64,000 bases of DNA from Pristiophorus japonicus (taxonomy: Eukaryota). Positions 62,196-64,000 of the stretch are shown in pieces. Every line of letters begins with the position of its first letter. Position 1 is the first letter of the stretch. The position numbers were made by a program, and so were the translations under genes. The notes beneath the pieces were generated by a model. That model was given only the letters and a program-made list of their open reading frames with translations. It was not told the origin of the DNA and did not search any database. The stretch spans positions 204,290,001 to 204,354,000 of the forward strand of contig NC_091985.1 of the NCBI RefSeq assembly GCF_044704955.1, read 5' to 3'.

Positions 62196-64000
62196 TAGCT
62201 GTCAGTATCTGGTACGTGAGTGTTGTTCTTTCTTCAGTTTTTGGTGGGCAAAAGTGGGTTTTATTATACACCATGTCAGCTTCTGGAATATGACTGCGAG
62301 TTCCACTCTGTTTTTGCCTGTCTCCAGGATGCAAGTGTGGATTTTACTCTGTACCTGTCGGTCTCTGGTATGTCAATGCAGGTATTACCCTGCACCTGTC
62401 AGTTTCTCGTATGTGATTGGGGATTTATTCTGTACTTGTCATTTTCTGAATTTGTAACATGGGTTTTCCTCTGTACCTGCCAGTTTCTGGGATGTGAGTG
62501 TTAATTCTTTCTGTACCTGTCTGTTTCCGGTATAGGAATGTAGGTAAAACTCTGTAGTTCTCAGTCTCTGGGATGTGAGTGTGCGTTTTACTCTATCAGT
62601 CAGTCTTCGGTATGTGAGTGTGGGTTTTATTCTATAGCTGTCCTTCTCTGCTGTGCGAGTGTGATTTTACACTTTATCATTCAGACTCTGGTATGTGAGT
62701 GGGGTTTTATTCTGTACCTATCATTTTATGATATGTTAACGTGGGCTTTAATCAGAACCTGCCAGTTTCTGATATGCGAGTGTGGATTTTAGCCCATATC
62801 TGTCAGTTTATGATATGTGAGAGTGGGTATCTCTCATTGTCTTTTATGTAAGTGTAAGTTTTACTCTGTATTGCTTAGTCTTGGATATGGGAGTACAGAA
62901 TTTGCTCTATGGTTGTCTGTCTGTGTGATGCAAGTGTAGATTTTACTCTGTATCTGTTAGTCTCTGATGTGAGAGTGAGAGTTTTACTCTGTATCTGTCA
63001 GTTTCTGGTATGCAAGTGTGATTTTCTTCTATCATTCAGGCTCTGGGATGAAAGTGAGAGTTTTACTCTGTATGTTAATATCTGCGACGTGAGTCTGGGT
63101 TGTCCTCTGCAACTTTCATTTTCTCAAATCTGAGTTGGGTTTTATTTTGTACCTGTTAGTTTCTAGTATATGAATAGGGGTTTTAATCTGTACCTGTCAG
63201 TATCTGCTGTGATAGTGCTGCTTTTGTGCTGTATCTGTCAGTTTCTGATATGTGAGTCTGTTTTAATCTGTACCTGTTAGGTTGTGGTACGTGAGCGTGT
63301 GTTTGTTTGACTCTGCATCGATCAGTATCTTTTATGTGGCTGTTGATTTTGCTCTGTAGCTGTCACTCTCTGGGATGTGAACGTGGGTTTGACTCTGTAG
63401 CTGTCATTTTCTTATGTGTGAGTGTGTCATAGACTGTATGTGTCACTCTATGGTGTGAGTGTGGGCTTTACTCTGTATCTGTCAGTTTTTGGAATGTGAG
63501 TTTGGTTTTAATCTTTACCTGTCAATTTCTGGTATTTGTCTGTTGTTGTTACACTCCAACCGTTAGTTTCCAGGATGTGATTGTGTATTTTAATCAGTAC
63601 CTGCCAGTTTCTTGTACCGGAGTGTGGATATTAGTCATATCTTCCAGTCTCTGGTATGTGAGTGTGTGTTTTACTTTATAGCTGTCTGACTCTGGGATGC
63701 AAGTGTATATTTTATTCTGTATCTATTGGTTTACAGAATGTGTTAACAAAAGCTGAAGGGTACAGAATAAAAGTTATGTGAATATCCATTTTACTCTGCA
63801 CCAGTCACTTTCCAATAGGTGTGTGTGGATTTTAACCTATATCTGCCAGTCAGTCAGTCTGTTACCATATGTGATTGTGATTCAATCGCAACCTGTCATT
63901 CACTGTACCCGAGTGTATGTATCATTCTGTGTGTCTCAGTCTCTGGCACTGTGTGTGAGTGTGGGGTTCATTCTGTGTGTCTCAGTCCCTGACACTGTTT
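62196..64000. repeat. Degenerate ~39-bp satellite
   Basis: Same family, more diverged. Confidence 0.85.

Overview
Vertebrate nuclear DNA. The HER1/CR1-type LINEs, Deu-domain-like SINE and expanded 'MEKPW' C2H2 genes suggest a cartilaginous fish (shark); this is an inference. Three zones: (1) 1-9.5 kb is a head-to-tail array of a young Tx1-clade non-LTR retrotransposon: the 5' end of one copy, one intact ~7.2 kb copy, and four identically 5'-truncated copies. All are separated by the same 15-bp spacer GTCCTTGTGC(A/T)TGAA, which belongs to the ORF2 of a CR1 LINE, so this element appears to target another LINE. (2) 10-41 kb holds duplicated C2H2 zinc-finger gene cassettes among CR1/L2/SINE debris and minisatellites. 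(3) 45-59 kb is a replication-dependent histone cluster (H1, H4, H3 with T3I, two H2A, H2B, plus pseudogenes). One H2B is disrupted by two tandem copies of a chimeric U2/U1-snRNA-derived SINE-like element. All comparisons were made by eye; no database searches were run, and boundaries of degraded repeats are approximate.
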